From positions 704,001-768,000 of the forward strand of contig CAVXWP010000001.1 of NCBI GenBank assembly GCA_963765495.1: a stretch of DNA of 64,000 bases, read 5' to 3'. The stretch is from Blastocatellia bacterium (GTDB lineage Bacteria > Acidobacteriota > Blastocatellia > UBA7656). How positions within the stretch are numbered: position 1 is the stretch's first letter; each line of letters starts with the position of its first letter. The position numbers and the translations under genes were made by a program. Under the pieces are notes generated by a model. That model was given only the letters and a program-made list of their open reading frames with translations. It searched no databases and had not been told where the DNA came from. Shown here in pieces: positions 38,598-49,579 of the stretch.

Positions 38598-41384
38598 CTA
38601 CTTCTGCCCGTCGGAGGCTGTCGCCGATTTGAGCGGCTTCCCGTCAGCGTCAATAAACCTGATCTCGCCCAACCCAAGCTGGCGAATGCCCGTTTCTATC
38701 TTTGCGCGGTCGCCTACGACTACCCACACAAGTTTATCGGGCTGGATGATGATCTTTGCCGCGGGCGAGATATTTTCGATCTTCAGCGCCCGAATCCTGC
38801 TGGCGTAGGTGTCATAGTACCTGTCATCCAATCCGTAGCTTACGATGTCGCTTATAGTGCTTGAAAGCGCGCTCATCGTTTCCCACGAGCCGGGAAGCGT
38901 CAGCGTCTTGGATGCCTGCGCCTTCTCAAGCTCATCGGCAAGGACGGGTCGCGCGCCCAGAATGCCGCGCAACTCTTTGGCAAGCTCTGCCACCGATTCT
39001 TTTGTCTTGTCGGTCTGCACCGGGGCGTAGGCGATGAACGGGCGCTGACCACGAGCGTCCATAATAAAGCTGAAGGAACCATAAGACCAGTGCTTGTCTT
39101 CTCGAAGGTTCATGTTGATTCGAGAAGTGAAATTCCCGCCGAGCAAAGCGTTCATGGTCTCGATGGCTATCTCGTCGGTGTTGGCCTTTGGAGGGGCAAG
39201 CGTTCCCGCGAGGATGATCGACTGCTCCGAGCCCGGACGATCAAGCAAATAGACGACCGGCTTTGACTGCGCCGGTACGGTTGCAAGGTTCTTGGTCGGG
39301 ACCTTGCCGGATTGCCACCCTTGAAACAGCTTTTCAAGTTTTGGCTTTATCTCGGCCATAGTCGTATCGCCTACGACGACAAGAGTCGCGTTATTTGGCT
39401 TAAACCAGGTGTCGTGCATCTTTGCCAGGTCCTGCCGTGTGAGTTTTGATACCGACTCTTCGGTCCCCGATCCGGTCAGCGGATTGCTGTAGGCGTGTCC
39501 CGCGCCGTAAAGCAATCCGGGCAACACCCTGAGCGCCATATAAATCGGCTGAACCTTCTCCTGTTGAATGCTGACAAGTTGCTGCTTTTGCTGACGAGAA
39601 AAATCATCCTGCGGAAACGCGGGATTGAGGATTACATCGGCAAAGATGTCGAGCGAAGGATCGAGATTCTCCTTGAGCGCCGATAGATTAACTCTCGATG
39701 TATCGAGGTCTGAACTCGTCCGCAAATTGGCTCCAAGCATTGCAAGCTCTTCGCTGATCTGTAGGGCGGTGCGCCGTTTTGTTCCCTCATCGAGCATGCT
39801 CATCGTCAGGTCGGCAGTGCCCGGAACCCCGAATTGATCTGAGGCATAACCCGCATCTATCAGAAGCTCGAAATTGACCTGGGGAATCGAGTGGCGCTCG
39901 GCCAGAACGATTTTGAGCCCGTTGGCAAGTTCTGCGCGCTCAAGGGCAGGGAATTTCGCTTCTGGCGGCTTGCCTGCATCCGGGAGTTTCGAGCGATCAA
40001 CACCCGACTCCGCGGCTTCGTATTCCGGGAAAGGATGAACCTCTAATATATACACTCCATCCGAAAGCCAGCGCGTGGCGGCAGCTTTCAAATCCGTGGG
40101 GGTGGCATCGGCTACGCGTTTGAGCGTGGTCTTGTAATAATCCGGGCTGTCCCCGAAGACCTGATTCACAGCCAGCACATCAGACTTGCCGCCGAAGCCG
40201 CCTATCCGCTCGATGCTGCGGATAAAATTGGCTCGATACTGTGTCTTGACTCGTTGCAGTTCTTCCGGGGTCGGCCCCTCGGCGAGAAATCGAGACATCT
40301 CTTCATCTATTGCCCGCTCGATTTTTTCAAGCGACTCGCCGGGCCGCGCCGTTGCCTGTATGAAAAACAGCCCGCCGATTTCGGGCAGGTATGTCTCGAC
40401 CTCAACCTCGCTCGCGATCTGATCGTCATAAACCAGCCGCTTGTAAAGCCGCGAGGTCTTTCCCGAAGCCAGGATATTGCTTACGAGGGTAAGGTAATTT
40501 GCGTCGGCGGTTCCCCATTGCGGGATGTTCCAGAATTTGTATATTCGCGCCTGCGGAACGCGGTCCTGCATCTGCTGGCGATGCGTGCCGGTTCGTTTGG
40601 CTATCCAGGCATCCTGCTTGGCGATAGGGGGGCCGGGAGGAATATCGCCGAAGTATTTCTCGACCTTCTCTTTCGCGGTCTTTGCATCTATGTCTCCGGC
40701 TATGACTATAGTGGCGTTTGCGGGGCCGTAATAGGTGCGGAACCATTCGCGCACATCCTCAAGGCTTGCGGCGTTGAGGTCTTCCATCGAGCCTATAACT
40801 TCCCACGAATATGGATGCCCTGCCGGGTAGAGGTTTGGCGTAGCGACGGAGAATACCTTGCCGTAAGGCTCGTTTTCGCCCTGTCGCTTCTCGTTTTGAA
40901 CCACGCCGCGTTGCTCGTCGAGTCTTTCCTGCGAGATCGCTCCCAGAAGGTGCCCCATGCGATCCGACTCCATCCACAACGCTACGTCCAGAGATGAAGA
41001 CGGGACATTTTCGAAATAGTTTGTGCGGTCTTCGTTTGTAGTGCCATTCATATCGGTTGCGCCTATGCGCTCGAACGGCTGAAAGTAATCGTCGTTGAAA
41101 TTTTCGCTGCCGTTGAACATCAGGTGCTCGAACAGATGAGCAAAGCCGGTCTTGCCGGGTTTCTCATTCTTTGAGCCTACGTGGTACCAGATATTGACGG
41201 CCACAATCGGCGCTTTGTGATCTTCGTGAACGATGAGCGTCAACCCGTTTTTGAGCACGAATTTCTGATAAGGGATATCAATCTCTGCTTTGCCGGAATT
41301 CTGAACCGGCGCTGAATAGGTTGCCTGACTTAACAGGATGATTAGCGAAAGAGCGATAACCGCCCTTGCAGTGCGTAGGTACAT
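38598..41384 (-). CDS. M16 (pitrilysin/insulinase) zinc protease, secreted
   Basis: Signal peptide, GKTGFAHLFEHLMF (HxxEH), two M16 halves, NLREDKHWSYG. Confidence 0.93.
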   Translation of the reverse strand: MYLRTARAVIALSLIILLSQATYSAPVQNSGKAEIDIPYQKFVLKNGLTLIVHEDHKAPIVAVNIWYHVGSKNEKPGKTGFAHLFEHLMFNGSENFNDDYFQPFERIGATDMNGTTNEDRTNYFENVPSSSLDVALWMESDRMGHLLGAISQERLDEQRGVVQNEKRQGENEPYGKVFSVATPNLYPAGHPYSWEVIGSMEDLNAASLEDVREWFRTYYGPANATIVIAGDIDAKTAKEKVEKYFGDIPPGPPIAKQDAWIAKRTGTHRQQMQDRVPQARIYKFWNIPQWGTADANYLTLVSNILASGKTSRLYKRLVYDDQIASEVEVETYLPEIGGLFFIQATARPGESLEKIERAIDEEMSRFLAEGPTPEELQRVKTQYRANFIRSIERIGGFGGKSDVLAVNQVFGDSPDYYKTTLKRVADATPTDLKAAATRWLSDGVYILEVHPFPEYEAAESGVDRSKLPDAGKPPEAKFPALERAELANGLKIVLAERHSIPQVNFELLIDAGYASDQFGVPGTADLTMSMLDEGTKRRTALQISEELAMLGANLRTSSDLDTSRVNLSALKENLDPSLDIFADVILNPAFPQDDFSRQQKQQLVSIQQEKVQPIYMALRVLPGLLYGAGHAYSNPLTGSGTEESVSKLTRQDLAKMHDTWFKPNNATLVVVGDTTMAEIKPKLEKLFQGWQSGKVPTKNLATVPAQSKPVVYLLDRPGSEQSIILAGTLAPPKANTDEIAIETMNALLGGNFTSRINMNLREDKHWSYGSFSFIMDARGQRPFIAYAPVQTDKTKESVAELAKELRGILGARPVLADELEKAQASKTLTLPGSWETMSALSSTISDIVSYGLDDRYYDTYASRIRALKIENISPAAKIIIQPDKLVWVVVGDRAKIETGIRQLGLGEIRFIDADGKPLKSATASDGQK

Positions 41385-41626
41385 CGTAGCCTCCTTAAAC
41401 TTTTTACAAATGCGGCCTCGTGATGCAGGTTTTTCACTCTAACCCTGACCCGCGTGTCTGTCAAATCGGCCCGGTTATGACGATAAGCGCGGTGATGAAA
41501 AATACAACATGCATCACAAACAGCGTTTGACCGAGAAAGGATTGAGGGCTAAAATGCCTGCCAAACCGGGTTTTGATATAAAAGACGCCCGGCTGATACT
41601 TGAGCAAAAGGAGATTGAGCAAAGAT

Positions 41627-41785
41627 ATGAGAGAACGTGAGCGTGAGATAAAACGCCGCCGCCACCGTTATGAAAAGCGCAAGAAGCTACTTGCAAGACT
41701 TGCTTCGGCCGAGACGGATGAGCAGAGGCGCGAGATTCAAGAGAAGATCCGCAAGACCTATCCGAAATACACCTCTGAGATCTGA
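41627..41785 (+). CDS. Small highly basic protein (DUF6800-like)
   Basis: MREREREIKRRRHRYEKRKKLLARL...IQEKIRKTYP. The start could also be TTG at 41600. Confidence 0.55.
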   Translation: MREREREIKRRRHRYEKRKKLLARLASAETDEQRREIQEKIRKTYPKYTSEI

Positions 41786-41907
41786 GGCTGCAAGGGAGAC
41801 AAAAAATCGGGCAGGCAACATCGCTTGAAAAAACGCGCAACGTCGCCTGCCCCGTGGATGAATTCGACCTCTGGTCGGCTTCTTTGAGAAGATGCCTCTT
41901 CCGCCAG

Positions 41908-44610
41908 TTAACACTCGGAGTAGCCGCAGGCATAACAGGACTGGCAGCCTTCGATTCGCACAAAAGCCGAATCGCCGCAGCTTGGGCACAGGTCTATAGA
42001 AGTGCCGGGCGTCGCTTCGGCCTTGAGCTTTTCTGCCTCCGTCGGCTCTGTCGTCTCCACTCCCATCTCCGCACCCTGACCCGGCTCCTTGTTTCCGTAG
42101 CTCACTCCAAGATAATTCTCGGCCAGCGCCTGGCCCACCGCATCCGGCAGAGAGAGAACGCGCCGCTTGCCAAACCCGTAAGACCGCGCTCCGCCTATGC
42201 CGGTGATCTGTTTGACGATCTCGCGCACGCGCTCGACCGGAGAGACGGGCGAGGCCATGCGCAACGTAAGCGACATCAATCGCCCCATGGCTTCGGCCAT
42301 AGCCTTGATGTCGGAACCGGCTTTGCCTATCTCAAGAAACACCTCGAATGGCTGCCCCGTCTCGTCTTCATTCATAGTGATATGAGCAGTGCCCGACGGC
42401 GTCGTTTTGCTGACCGTATAACCGCGCCGCTTGTAAGGACGCGGGCGCACCTTTGGCTGCACTCCCCCTTCGCTTTGAATGAGTCCGCCCGTGGTCGCGC
42501 CGACTGCGCCTGCTGCCTTTTGCGGCTCAGATGCTTCGGCCTTTTGAGGTGAATCGGACGACGTACCTGCCTTCTTACCTTCCGCCTTGAGGTTAAGCAC
42601 CTGCACGTCGCGTGAACCGTCGCGGTAAATCGTTCCACCTTTACACCCGAGGCTGTAGAGCAATTCGTAGATTTCCCGTGTCTGGTCCACCGAGTAGGAA
42701 TTAGGCAGGTTGCAGGTCTTCGAAATCGAAGAATCAACCCATCGCTGTATGGCCGCCTGCACTTTGACGTGCTCTTCGGGCGCGAGGTCCATAGCCGTTA
42801 CGAAGTAAGGAGGAAGCGGCTCGTCTTTGTGCGCCTTCTGCCACTCTTCGAGCACCTTTACGCGTTCTTCGTGCTGACCCAGCCGCGATGTGCGGAAATA
42901 GCTCCAGAAATAGAACGGCTCGATTCCGGTCGAAGTACCCGCCATCGTGCCTATAGTTCCGTTCGGCGCTTGCGTAAGCAGTGTGACGTTGCGCACGCCC
43001 TTTTCGCGAACCGCCCGACGCACATCTTCCGGCATCTGCCGCATGTAACCCGATTCGAGAAACTTTTCTTCATCGAACATCGGGAATGATCCCTTCTCAG
43101 CGGCGATGTCCGTTGAAGCATAATATGCCTCGCTTGAGATAAAGCGATAGAGCCTGTCAATAAATTCGACCGACTCATCCGACCCGTAGCGAATGCCCAG
43201 ACGGATCATCATTTCGGCCAGCCCCATCGTATTCAAACCCACGCGCCTTTCGGCCGTTTGCTGATCGAAATTCTCGTCGAAAAAGTAAGGCGTCGCGTCA
43301 ATCACATTGTCGAGGAATCGCACGGAATATCGCACTGCCTTGCCCAGGTCATCCCACGCCACATCACCGTCTCGCACGAATTTCGACAGGTTGATCGCTC
43401 CCAGATTGCAGACCCCAAAACCCGGCAAAGGCTGCTCGCCGCAGGGATTTGTGCAGCCCAGATAACCCGCGTCGTAGTACCACGAATTCGACATCTTGTT
43501 GGAACGCTCTATGAAATAAACGCCCGGCTCGGCCGAAGCCCACGCCGATTCGATTATCGAATCCCAGATTTCACGCGCCTTCACGGTCTTGTGCACGACC
43601 GTCTGTTTGCCCGCAGCAATCCACTTGTCGAGATTGCCGTTCCACAAATGCCCGTAATCAGGATCGGACACGTCCGGGAATACCAGGTCCCAGTCGGCAT
43701 CGGCGTGGACCGCATCCATGAATGTATCCGTAATACCTACCGAGATATTGGCATTTGTGATCTTGCCCATCTCGCGTTTAGAGTTTATGAACTCAAGCAC
43801 GTCCGGGTGCCAGCAGTTCAGTATGAGCATCAGCGCCCCGCGCCTTGAACCTCCCTGTTCGATAAGCCCGGTGACGAATGAATAGAGCGCGCCCCACGAT
43901 ACCGAACCCGACGAACGGCCGTTTACGCCCTTTACATACGAGTGACGCGGGCGCAGACTGCTGACGTTGATGCCGACTCCGCCGCCGCGCGACATGATCT
44001 CCATCATCTGTGAAAGGGTGTCTACGATGCCCCGGCGGGAATCCTTCGGGGACGGCACTACATAGCAGTTATAAAATGTCAGCTGCTGATCGGTTCCGGC
44101 TGCGGTCAGTATTCGGCCAGCAGGCACGAACTTCCAGCCGTTAAGAAGCCAGCGAAAATTATGATACCACTCCTCGGCCTGCTCTCCCTCAATTGCGGCA
44201 ATTCCGCGCGCTACCCGCTCCATCATCTGCTCCGGCTCGGTCTCTATAGGCTTGGAGACATGCTCGGAGAGGCGATCTATAACCGCGCCGTCTCTGAGCG
44301 CAACCGTTACGCGACCGGCTCCCCCGGCGGCTCGCTCATCAATCGAACGAACAAATCCTATCTCGCGCTGGCCGGTCTTGTCGTCAACACAGACGATCAC
44401 CATATCGCCGACCGTAAGCGTCCTCTTGCTCATGTCCTTCATCGCATACCGATCCAGAAATATCTTCTGGCCGAGCTCGCTGAGCCGGTTGTTTTCAGCC
44501 CCGTCGTCCGTCGCATGTTCCCCTTCATGTGAGACAAGAGGCGAAATCGACTCTTCAAGTGAGGACTGGCCGTTCGATTTCCGTAGATCGCCGATAGATC
44601 GGGTAGCCAT
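41908..44610 (-). CDS. nrdJ: Class II adenosylcobalamin-dependent ribonucleotide reductase with TSCPD and Zn-ribbon C-terminus
   Basis: [43 protein letters not shown]-terminal [28 protein letters not shown] before 44610. Confidence 0.95.
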   Translation of the reverse strand: MATRSIGDLRKSNGQSSLEESISPLVSHEGEHATDDGAENNRLSELGQKIFLDRYAMKDMSKRTLTVGDMVIVCVDDKTGQREIGFVRSIDERAAGGAGRVTVALRDGAVIDRLSEHVSKPIETEPEQMMERVARGIAAIEGEQAEEWYHNFRWLLNGWKFVPAGRILTAAGTDQQLTFYNCYVVPSPKDSRRGIVDTLSQMMEIMSRGGGVGINVSSLRPRHSYVKGVNGRSSGSVSWGALYSFVTGLIEQGGSRRGALMLILNCWHPDVLEFINSKREMGKITNANISVGITDTFMDAVHADADWDLVFPDVSDPDYGHLWNGNLDKWIAAGKQTVVHKTVKAREIWDSIIESAWASAEPGVYFIERSNKMSNSWYYDAGYLGCTNPCGEQPLPGFGVCNLGAINLSKFVRDGDVAWDDLGKAVRYSVRFLDNVIDATPYFFDENFDQQTAERRVGLNTMGLAEMMIRLGIRYGSDESVEFIDRLYRFISSEAYYASTDIAAEKGSFPMFDEEKFLESGYMRQMPEDVRRAVREKGVRNVTLLTQAPNGTIGTMAGTSTGIEPFYFWSYFRTSRLGQHEERVKVLEEWQKAHKDEPLPPYFVTAMDLAPEEHVKVQAAIQRWVDSSISKTCNLPNSYSVDQTREIYELLYSLGCKGGTIYRDGSRDVQVLNLKAEGKKAGTSSDSPQKAEASEPQKAAGAVGATTGGLIQSEGGVQPKVRPRPYKRRGYTVSKTTPSGTAHITMNEDETGQPFEVFLEIGKAGSDIKAMAEAMGRLMSLTLRMASPVSPVERVREIVKQITGIGGARSYGFGKRRVLSLPDAVGQALAENYLGVSYGNKEPGQGAEMGVETTEPTEAEKLKAEATPGTSIDLCPSCGDSAFVRIEGCQSCYACGYSEC

Positions 44611-44975
44611 TATTTTCAGTCTCCTTCCGCTTTGAGTAATTTTTATATTCGCAGACACATCTCCTGCTTTCAAGAGAGACCCGTCTGATTCCCTGCACAA
44701 GCCGGGTAACCTGGGGACTACTGGTTTGCCTGCTATCTATGATTTGACTATACAGCCAGACCTCTTACCCCCCTGCATGGTGGCCGGGCCGGGCTGCTCC
44801 GAGGAGTGTTCCACTACTATTTCCGTACAATAGATCGCCGCTGACAGCAAATTTCGCCATACATAGTGCCGGGTAGACACTGGTCCCAACCCGAATCTAT
44901 AACAGCGATTGTATTGCCCAATCACAAGGGCTTACCTGCGTTTTAATGATTTCTTTTTCCCTCGAGCGGTTTCGG

Positions 44976-45004
44976 AGTTTACCCCATACATAGACCTATG
45001 TCAA
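44976..45004 (-). promoter_or_regulatory. Sigma70 promoter of nrdJ
   Basis: TTGACA-17 nt-TAAACT on the minus strand. Confidence 0.7.
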
Positions 45005-45027
45005 CCGAAAAGTACAATATATTGTGG
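44981..45027. promoter_or_regulatory. Tandem NrdR boxes overlapping the nrdJ promoter
   Basis: GTACAATATATTGTGG (45012-45027) and ACCCCATACATAGACC (44981-44996) are 31 bp apart and match the acaCwAtATaTwGtg consensus. Confidence 0.7.
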
Positions 45028-45179
45028 TTTGATAAGATTCGACCACCGGGGCTTTGCCCAAAATGTCTAACAAAAGGCACTTACGGTAACAATCCAAAAT
45101 CACTTTTTGGGCAAGTAGCGGTTTTGCCTAAAAAGTCACATGCCAGATACGCTTTACGGTTAGGCAGCGTAATTCTATA

Positions 45180-45199
45180 TGTGGAAAAGATGTGGAAAA
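45180..45199 (-). promoter_or_regulatory. Two tandem DnaA-box-like 9-mers (TTTTCCACA)
   Basis: TGTGGAAAA at 45180-45188 and 45191-45199 fit TTWTNCACA. Confidence 0.5.
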
Positions 45200-45294
45200 C
45201 TTGTTTTCCGCCCGATCCGCGCTATCCGTGGTCTTTTGCTACTTTCCCAATCCTGCAAGTGCATTTACAGGCATAAGTGTCCTTGCTCAACTGC

Positions 45295-45438
45295 CTACTT
45301 CTTACTATCTTTGGCCGGATCGCTCTCTTGATCAATCCCGAGCGTCCAGCCGGGAGGGTCGCTGGCCGGGAAAGACTCTTCGATGGTTTCGTCTATCTCT
45401 TCTTCGGTCGGATGTTGTTCGTGTCGGCTGTCGGTCAT
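45295..45438 (-). CDS. 47-aa acidic small protein with [11 protein letters not shown] motif
   Basis: [47 protein letters not shown] with a GGAG RBS. Below the ORF-track length cutoff. Confidence 0.7.
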   Translation of the reverse strand: MTDSRHEQHPTEEEIDETIEESFPASDPPGWTLGIDQESDPAKDSKK

Positions 45439-45467
45439 ACATTATTCTCCTTGAATTCTGGCAGGGC

Positions 45468-46259
45468 TCATCCGATTTGAACCGAGAGCATTGATACGGA
45501 ACCGCCATCAACGCCTTCGACCGGAAAGCTTACCTGATCGCCTTCCCGGCGAAGCGCCATCACATAAAGAAGCGGCAGGAAATGCTCGGGTGTGGGGATT
45601 GAAAGTAAAGCATCGCGCCCCAGACTCTCATAAGCAATGAGCGGGCCGTCATCTCCTTCGAGCAACATCTCACGTGCCCGCTCTTCGAAACGCACGGCCC
45701 AGTCGTAAGGGGCAACCTCGTGTCGCCCCCAGGCGTACGCGTGCAGGTTGTGAATGATATTGCCGCTGCCGATGATCAAAATCCCTTCGTCGCGCAACGG
45801 CGTGAGCCGCTTTCCTGCCTCATAGTGAAAGAGGGCCGGTTGTGTCTCATCAATGCTCAATTGCACAACGGGAATATCGGCCTGCGGGAAGACGTGATAT
45901 AACACCGACCAGGTGCCGTGGTCGAGACCCCATTGCTCATCGCGGCTCACACGAATGGGCGCTAGCAAATCCTGAACGCGGGTTGCCAGCTCCGGATCAC
46001 CCGGGGCCGGATATGTGGCCTGATAAAGTTCGCGCGGGAATCCGCCAAAATCGTGAATGGTGCGGGGCGAGACCATCGCCGTCACCGCACTGCTCGGAAC
46101 GTACCAGTGCGCCGATACGGAAAGCACCGCTCGGGGTCGCCCGATCTTGCTCCCCAGAGCGGCCCAGCCCCGCGTATAGTCGTTATCCAGCAACGCATTC
46201 AACGGGTTTCCGTGCCCGAAGAAAATGGTCGGCATCGGCCCTGGAATATCCGTACTCAT
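45468..46259 (-). CDS. ygiD: 4,5-DOPA extradiol dioxygenase (LigB family)
   Basis: FFGHGNP, SAHW, TIHDFGGFP, GLDHGTW, GSGNIIHNL, PTPEHFLPL. Confidence 0.9.
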   Translation of the reverse strand: MSTDIPGPMPTIFFGHGNPLNALLDNDYTRGWAALGSKIGRPRAVLSVSAHWYVPSSAVTAMVSPRTIHDFGGFPRELYQATYPAPGDPELATRVQDLLAPIRVSRDEQWGLDHGTWSVLYHVFPQADIPVVQLSIDETQPALFHYEAGKRLTPLRDEGILIIGSGNIIHNLHAYAWGRHEVAPYDWAVRFEERAREMLLEGDDGPLIAYESLGRDALLSIPTPEHFLPLLYVMALRREGDQVSFPVEGVDGGSVSMLSVQIG

Positions 46260-46314
46260 CGCATTATCGAGATAGCCTTATTTGATCGGTTCCCTTTCGG
46301 TCATCACACGAAAT

Positions 46315-46617
46315 TTACTGGGGAAGCTTTGCCGCCAACACGTCTACCTGTTCGATGACAGGCGGTTCTGAGAGAAGATCGGACGCCTTTTGCATCAGCG
46401 CCGCGGCGACCCGGCCCGACAGATGCGCCTGTCTGCCCGCTTCATCCGGGAATGCGTCGAATATGCCAAAGGTCGAGGGTCCGAGGCGAATCGCAAACCA
46501 CGCCGTCGTTGCAGGCTCTTCTTCCACGATTGCCAGCCCTCCGCGCAGGAAGTCTGCGACCTCATCCTCTTTACCCGGTTTTGCTTCCAGTCGAACGAGC
46601 AGTGCTACTTTTACCAT
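46315..46617 (-). CDS. Antibiotic biosynthesis monooxygenase (ABM)-family protein
   Basis: LEAKPGKE...EEPATTAWFA...FGIFDAFPDEAGRQAHL. Confidence 0.85.
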   Translation of the reverse strand: MVKVALLVRLEAKPGKEDEVADFLRGGLAIVEEEPATTAWFAIRLGPSTFGIFDAFPDEAGRQAHLSGRVAAALMQKASDLLSEPPVIEQVDVLAAKLPQ

Positions 46618-47016
46618 GATTTATCTCCTTTTCATTGCCGGGTTATTGAGACAAAAATTATACCGGAGCATCTGTAGTCTTTTGATATGACGCCTCGGCA
46701 AACACAACTATCAAGTGTCGTCGATGATTTGCCCTTAAAAAGGCGGACCTTTTGCGCTCAAAAAGATTCTTCATCGTGTGGCCTCTGGCAAGAGGCTGTG
46801 ACACGTCTGACAAGCTTATTCTACCAGCTTGCCGCAGGGCTTGCGAACCGCTTCCTAATGTAATTTCGCGAAATCGTACTGCGCACGACGGGCATCCCTC
46901 TCACATTTGCGGGCGATCAGGGCTACCCCTCAAAATCAACGCTATTGTAATTATCCTGACTCGAATGGCGCGGATCAGGAGGTTACGCTAAGATGTCGGG
47001 CAAGGAGGGATGATTA

Positions 47017-47442
47017 ATGCTCGATAGAGTGATGTCACGTTTTGGTGACTATGCGCCTTTGCCTCTGCGCATAGCGGTGGGGATGATCTTTCTGGCCCAC
47101 GGCTCTCAGAAGCTGTTCGGGGCTTTTGGCGGGTTCGGAATTTCAGGGACGGCGCATTTTTTTGATCAGATGGGTATTTCTCCGGGCACGTTCTGGGCGG
47201 TCGTGGTTGCAGTGGTCGAATTCGGGGCCGGTCTTGCGGTGCTCATAGGATTGCTGACCCGCTATGCCGCTTTGCTGCTGGCAATCAATATGCTTGTAGC
47301 CATCCTGACAGTCCATCTCGCCAACGGCTTCTTCCTGCCGCAAGGCTTTGAATACCCCTTTGCGTTGTTCTGCGCGAATCTTTCGCTGTTGATAAGCGGT
47401 TCAGGTCCCCTGTCGGTTGATCGCGCTCTAAAACGCGGATAA
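47017..47442 (+). CDS. DoxX-family membrane protein
   Basis: LRIAVG.IFLAHGSQKLFG...GFEY...GSGPLSVD. Confidence 0.92.
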   Translation: MLDRVMSRFGDYAPLPLRIAVGMIFLAHGSQKLFGAFGGFGISGTAHFFDQMGISPGTFWAVVVAVVEFGAGLAVLIGLLTRYAALLLAINMLVAILTVHLANGFFLPQGFEYPFALFCANLSLLISGSGPLSVDRALKRG

Positions 47443-47583
47443 AGCATCTGAGATTTGAAACCTAATATGCGCAGGCGTGATCGGTAAAGAGCGAGAAAGA
47501 AATAGACAGGGTTAACAAGATTTAGCGGAGCAGTTTTCCGACAACGGTTCTTCCGTATTCGGCAAGGCTTGTCTGCTTGTCGC

Positions 47584-49569
47584 CTATTTACCCGTTTCTA
47601 TGACCTCTCGCAGCTTACGCGCAAGCATATTCGGCGTAAATGGCTTTTGCAGATACGGGATGTCCGAATCCAGTATTCCCGGATGATTGATCGCATCCGC
47701 AGAGCCTGATATATACAGCACTTTCATCTCCGGCCTGTGTTGTTTCAGGCGATTTGCCATCTCTCTCCCGCTCGTCCCCGGCATGATCTTATCGGTCAGC
47801 AGCAGATGCACCGGCCCTTGATGGCTCTTACAGATTGCAATCGCGCATTCTTCGTCTGTTGCGTCCAGCACTTCGTATCCATTGCATCTCAATACTTCCT
47901 TTACGAGATTGCGCACCATCTCGTCATCTTCTATCAGGAGGATACTCTCTGTCCCTCTCAGGCTTTCCTCGGTCTCGTTGCTTTGATTTATCGCCTCCGC
48001 CTCTTCGGATGTGCGCGGCAAATAAATATTAAAGGTCGTTCCCTCACCAGGCTCGCTGCATACCCGGATATAACCGCCCGAATGTTTGACGATTCCATAG
48101 ACGGTCGAAAGCCCGAGGCCGGTTCCTTTGCCCGGTCCCTTGGTAGTGAAAAACGGCTCAAACAGGTGCGCCTGAGTCTCGGCGTCCATGCCGGTTCCGA
48201 TATCACTTACGGTAAGCATCGCGTAAGACCCCGGCACCAGGGGGATTTGCCCGGGGGGGCACTCCTCCTTGAGGAATATGCTGGCGGTCTCAATGGTCAA
48301 CTTGCCCCCCTGTGGCATGGCATCGCGGGCATTGACAACGAGATTCACTATGACCTGCTCGATCTGACTCGAGTCGGCTTTGACGCTTCCGATCTCAGGA
48401 TCGAGCGCCGTTTTCAAATCTATATCCTCTCCGATGAGTCGCCGCAATATCATTTCCAGGTCCGAGACTATGAAGTTGAGGTTAAGATTCTTGAGTTGCA
48501 CGATATGTTTGCGGCTGAAGGCGAGCAACTGGCCGGTCAAAGAAGCGGCGCGCCGCCCGGCCTTTAGAATCTCTTCTATCTCTTTGTGAAATTCACTTTC
48601 CGGGTGAAGACGGGACTGTATGATCTGGGTGTAGCCGATGATTGCCGTCAGCAGGTTGTTGAAGTCGTGCGCGATTCCCCCGGCTAAACGTCCGATGGCC
48701 TCCATCTTCTGCGCGTGTTGAAGCTGCTCCTCGCTTTTGCGAAGCGCTTCTTCGACTCTTTTGCGCTCGCTGATGTCTATCGTGACGCCGCGCAAGCCTA
48801 CGGGCCAGCCGTCATCATCCGTAATGACGGCCGACCTTGACTCGACCCACACCGCGCGCCCGTCTTTGGCGATCCATCGGAATTCAAGCGCGCTGCTTTT
48901 GCCGCTGGCAAACGTTGCGGCGGCACGCGCAATCCGCTCTCTGTCATCCGGGTGGATGATCGAGAGCCAGAAATTTGGCGTCGAAACCCATTCGGCCACG
49001 CTGTAGCCGAGCAACTCTTCAATATATTCGCTCACGAAAGTAGCCCGTTGCGTTTCAGCGCCCGGCTCGCCCCACGATTCCCAGAAGACGCCCGGCACAT
49101 TCGCCACGATGTTATCCAGGCGTTTGCGCTGGCTTTCGATCTGGGCGATCAGTCGTTTTTTCTCTTCTTCGTCCTCTCTTCGCGCCTGCCGGGTTTTCGC
49201 CTCTTCCATCTCTCGCTCGATGACCGGGCCGAGTCGCGCCAGATTATCCTTCATCAGATAGTCGTGCGCCCCGGCGCGCATGGCCTCAACGGCGAGAACC
49301 TCGCCCACGGTCCCGGAAATGATGATGAAGGGGATGTCCAGCCCCATTCCTTTCAGAAGCGCCAGAGCCCCGAGCGCGCTGAATTGCGGCATCGAGTAGT
49401 CGCATAAGATTACATCCCACTCTTCTCTTTCGAGCGCCGCCCTCATCTCGGCGGATGTCTCCACCCGGTCGAAAATCACCTCATAGCCCGAGCGCGATAA
49501 GTGACGAAGAAGCAACTCAACATCTCGCTCCGAGTCTTCGATGTTCAATACTCTTAATGTTTTCTTCAT
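47584..49569 (-). CDS. Hybrid sensor histidine kinase (REC-PAS-HisKA-HATPase-REC)
   Basis: AGGIAHDFNNLL, NLVVNARDAM, FEPFFTTK, GTGLGL, with receiver domains at both ends. Confidence 0.92.
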   Translation of the reverse strand: MKKTLRVLNIEDSERDVELLLRHLSRSGYEVIFDRVETSAEMRAALEREEWDVILCDYSMPQFSALGALALLKGMGLDIPFIIISGTVGEVLAVEAMRAGAHDYLMKDNLARLGPVIEREMEEAKTRQARREDEEEKKRLIAQIESQRKRLDNIVANVPGVFWESWGEPGAETQRATFVSEYIEELLGYSVAEWVSTPNFWLSIIHPDDRERIARAAATFASGKSSALEFRWIAKDGRAVWVESRSAVITDDDGWPVGLRGVTIDISERKRVEEALRKSEEQLQHAQKMEAIGRLAGGIAHDFNNLLTAIIGYTQIIQSRLHPESEFHKEIEEILKAGRRAASLTGQLLAFSRKHIVQLKNLNLNFIVSDLEMILRRLIGEDIDLKTALDPEIGSVKADSSQIEQVIVNLVVNARDAMPQGGKLTIETASIFLKEECPPGQIPLVPGSYAMLTVSDIGTGMDAETQAHLFEPFFTTKGPGKGTGLGLSTVYGIVKHSGGYIRVCSEPGEGTTFNIYLPRTSEEAEAINQSNETEESLRGTESILLIEDDEMVRNLVKEVLRCNGYEVLDATDEECAIAICKSHQGPVHLLLTDKIMPGTSGREMANRLKQHRPEMKVLYISGSADAINHPGILDSDIPYLQKPFTPNMLARKLREVIETGK

Positions 49570-49579
49570 CGTAGGGTAT

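Noticed and set aside
44611-44970. Cobalamin riboswitch in the nrdJ leader
   Set aside because: I could not identify the B12-box or other conserved elements by eye. A covariance-model search is needed.
45180-45199. Replication origin
   Set aside because: Only two DnaA-like boxes, no evident unwinding-element repeats, and no dnaA/dnaN context.
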